Positions 61,905 to 64,000 of a DNA stretch of 64,000 nt are shown one piece after another. The stretch spans positions 2,592,001 through 2,656,000 of the forward strand of contig OY762428.1 of the NCBI GenBank assembly GCA_963665665.1, written 5' to 3'. The notes under the pieces are model-generated. The model was not told where the DNA came from. It did not search any database and saw only the letters and a program-made list of their open reading frames with translations. Numbering within the stretch: the first letter of the stretch is position 1; each line of letters opens with the position of its first letter. This DNA is from Candidatus Kapaibacterium sp. GTDB taxonomy: Bacteria; Bacteroidota; Ignavibacteria; Kapaibacteriales; UBA2268. The translations under genes were made by a program, and so were the position numbers.

Positions 61905-62936
61905 TTATTTAACTTTGATAAGCCTTGTGGATTTTTTTGTGCCGTTATAGTTAATTTCGCAGATATAAGCACCATCCCTGAGGTTGCTTAAGTTTATGCT
62001 ATAATTACTAAAGCCGGCAGTTGCATCTCCGCTGAATACATTCATCATTTTCTCTCCGGCGATATTGAAAATATTTATTTCAATATTCGCGGGTTTGTCA
62101 AGTGTCAGTTCCAGGCTTGCTTTGTCTTTTGCGGGGTTTGGGCTGACGCGGATCTCGATATTGTCTGAATCTTCATCTGTTTCCACCCATCGCGGGTTGT
62201 TAATAAGCGCTGCTTTGCCATTTTCTGTTTTATCGGCGCTAACTGTGCCTTTACCTTCGTTAAAGGGCAGGTAAAGTACCAGGTTGTCTTCATTTCCTGA
62301 CATATAGGAAGCATGTGTGGCTGCAATATCCTGCTGGGAGCGAATTGTATTCCATATTTTTACTTCGTCAATCTGGCCGTTGAAGTGCCCACCGTAAGAT
62401 AATTCGGAATATTCGGCAGTTTCCCTGTCGCCAATAAAAAGCGGTTCGTTATCAAGATCGATATCAAAACCTGTTTCGCCTTCGGCAGCAAGAGCTCCGT
62501 CAATGTATAGTTCAGCTTTGTGATTGTCTGCTGTAAATGCCAGGTGAGTCCACTTGCCGACAACAGCTGTACCGGGTTCAGTCGAGATGTGTTTTTGGAA
62601 ACCGTCTTTAGAGCTCAAAGTAAGCCAGAAGCATTTCTTATCCTGATCGAGATAAAGTGCGAAAGCTTCGTTGCTGTGGTCAAGATTGTTTTTCTTGAAC
62701 AAAATAAACTGACGGATTTCATTATTTCCGAATTTTTCGGAAGTCATGGCATCAACCTTTACCCATGCCTCGGCAGTAATAGCATTTGTTTCCATAGCTT
62801 TGAAGTGAGGTACAAGAACAACATCGTCGAGGCCGTCGAAATCAAGGCCTGCCGGAGTGAATGAATTTGCATAAGAATTATTCCCTGCCATTGCCAGAAG
62901 AATTATCACGAAAATTGAAGCTAAGAGCTTATTCAT
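61905..62936 (-). CDS. LamG-like jellyroll protein with T9SS sorting domain
   Basis: LDFDGLDD, ITAEAWVK, WTHLAFT, LYIDG, FNGQIDEVKIWN; SPNPA...GAYICEI CTD. Confidence 0.88.
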   Translation of the reverse strand: MNKLLASIFVIILLAMAGNNSYANSFTPAGLDFDGLDDVVLVPHFKAMETNAITAEAWVKVDAMTSEKFGNNEIRQFILFKKNNLDHSNEAFALYLDQDKKCFWLTLSSKDGFQKHISTEPGTAVVGKWTHLAFTADNHKAELYIDGALAAEGETGFDIDLDNEPLFIGDRETAEYSELSYGGHFNGQIDEVKIWNTIRSQQDIAATHASYMSGNEDNLVLYLPFNEGKGTVSADKTENGKAALINNPRWVETDEDSDNIEIRVSPNPAKDKASLELTLDKPANIEINIFNIAGEKMMNVFSGDATAGFSNYSINLSNLRDGAYICEINYNGTKKSTRLIKVK

Positions 62937-63339
62937 AGTTTACCGTTATAGATTAATGATACATTACTGATAATTAATTATAATATAATAATTCTTTACG
63001 AAAATATAAATCTTTAATTGGATAAAACCGGTAATAAAAAAAAATTTCTGAGTTGTAGTGATGCCTAATTCTATAAATATATTAATAAAAGTTAATGATA
63101 AATTTAATTATAATATCTTAAATATCTGAAATATATCAAGATAATATTACAAAACATCGTTTCTATGAAATAGCTCTGCTAACTTGCAAGTAGGACATTT
63201 CCCTACAAAGGTAAGCCTAATGCCTACATACGAAATAGATTTTGGCCTACAAATAAATTGATATTTATGGGATATATTATTGCCAGTACTATTGAAAATG
63301 TCAATGAAATTATTATTTCTTATAAACTATGAGGTTGAT

Positions 63340-64000
63340 ATGAGTTTAAAAAACATGAAAATTGGAAGCAGGATTGCTTTAACGGGGGGGATATTGATAG
63401 TTTTCCTCGCTATTGTAAGTATCTACTCTCTGTATGAATTTGGCAATATGAATGATCATATTCAGAAAATGGCAAACGACCGCTTTCCGAAAACAGTTCA
63501 GGCGAATATAATTATTGATGATGTAAATGTTATTGCCCGTTCTATTAGGAATATGATTTTATTGGATGAAACACTTCATGACGAAATTATCAAGCAGGAT
63601 AAAAGAATTGACAAAGCTTCAAGTAGTATAAAAGTAACTGTCGGTGAACTTGAAAAAGTGATTAAATCCGGAAAGGGTATTGAATTACTGACCGATTTGA
63701 AGGACAATGAACAAAAAGCATTCAAAGAAATTGCTATGATCAGGGATTATGCTTTGAAGCACGATGTTGAAAACGCAGAAAAATTATTATTCGGAGAATA
63801 TAGAAAGTTACAGGCAGATTATGTTAAAGCTATCGAAAACCTGATTGAATACCAGGGTGAATTGATGCATGAAGCAGCAAGGGATGCTGATGATCAGCTT
63901 AGCCAGGCTACCATGCTGATTATTGGCCTTTTGGTAGTATGCATTATAATAGCAGTTATTTTAGTATTAATGCTTACAAAAAGTATTAATAATCCAATCA
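63340..64000 (+). CDS. Methyl-accepting chemotaxis protein or sensor with four-helix-bundle domain; 3' end outside window
   Basis: GAGG RBS, ATG 63340: MSLKNMKIGSRI-TM-...NDRFPKTVQAN...ARSIRNMILL...-TM-SINNPI (start of HAMP). Absent from the ORF track. Confidence 0.85.
   Translation, partial: MSLKNMKIGSRIALTGGILIVFLAIVSIYSLYEFGNMNDHIQKMANDRFPKTVQANIIIDDVNVIARSIRNMILLDETLHDEIIKQDKRIDKASSSIKVTVGELEKVIKSGKGIELLTDLKDNEQKAFKEIAMIRDYALKHDVENAEKLLFGEYRKLQADYVKAIENLIEYQGELMHEAARDADDQLSQATMLIIGLLVVCIIIAVILVLMLTKSINNPI

Overview
AT-rich bacterial chromosomal window. The many T9SS type-A C-terminal sorting domains and PD40/OmpA proteins point to an FCB-group organism such as Kapabacteria or Ignavibacteria (inference). 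It holds housekeeping and envelope genes (RND pump, M16/M48/M50 peptidases, rsmB, ECF sigma, MCP), an ABC-transporter (Wzm/Wzt) polysaccharide locus with gmd/fcl, and two repeat-rich conflict islands (about 19.4-24 kb and 38.9-42.1 kb) with orphan RHS toxin/immunity pairs, AbiF, HicBA and REP/REPIN-like palindromes. The standout, largely missed by the ORF track, is at 1-2308. A CarH/LitR-type B12-binding MerR regulator is divergent from six tandem, near-identical 56-57 aa genes. Each gene has its own RBS, the array ends at one terminator, and the shared intergenic region carries 11-bp-spaced TnnACA repeats typical of CarH operators. Other highlights: a related in-frame palindromic insert at the same position of two unrelated RHS cores, a repeated promoter-like/boxA-like leader pointing into toxin and defence cassettes, a structured RNA upstream of abiF, and module-swapped secreted proteins. 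All family assignments come from motif recognition by eye; no searches were run.
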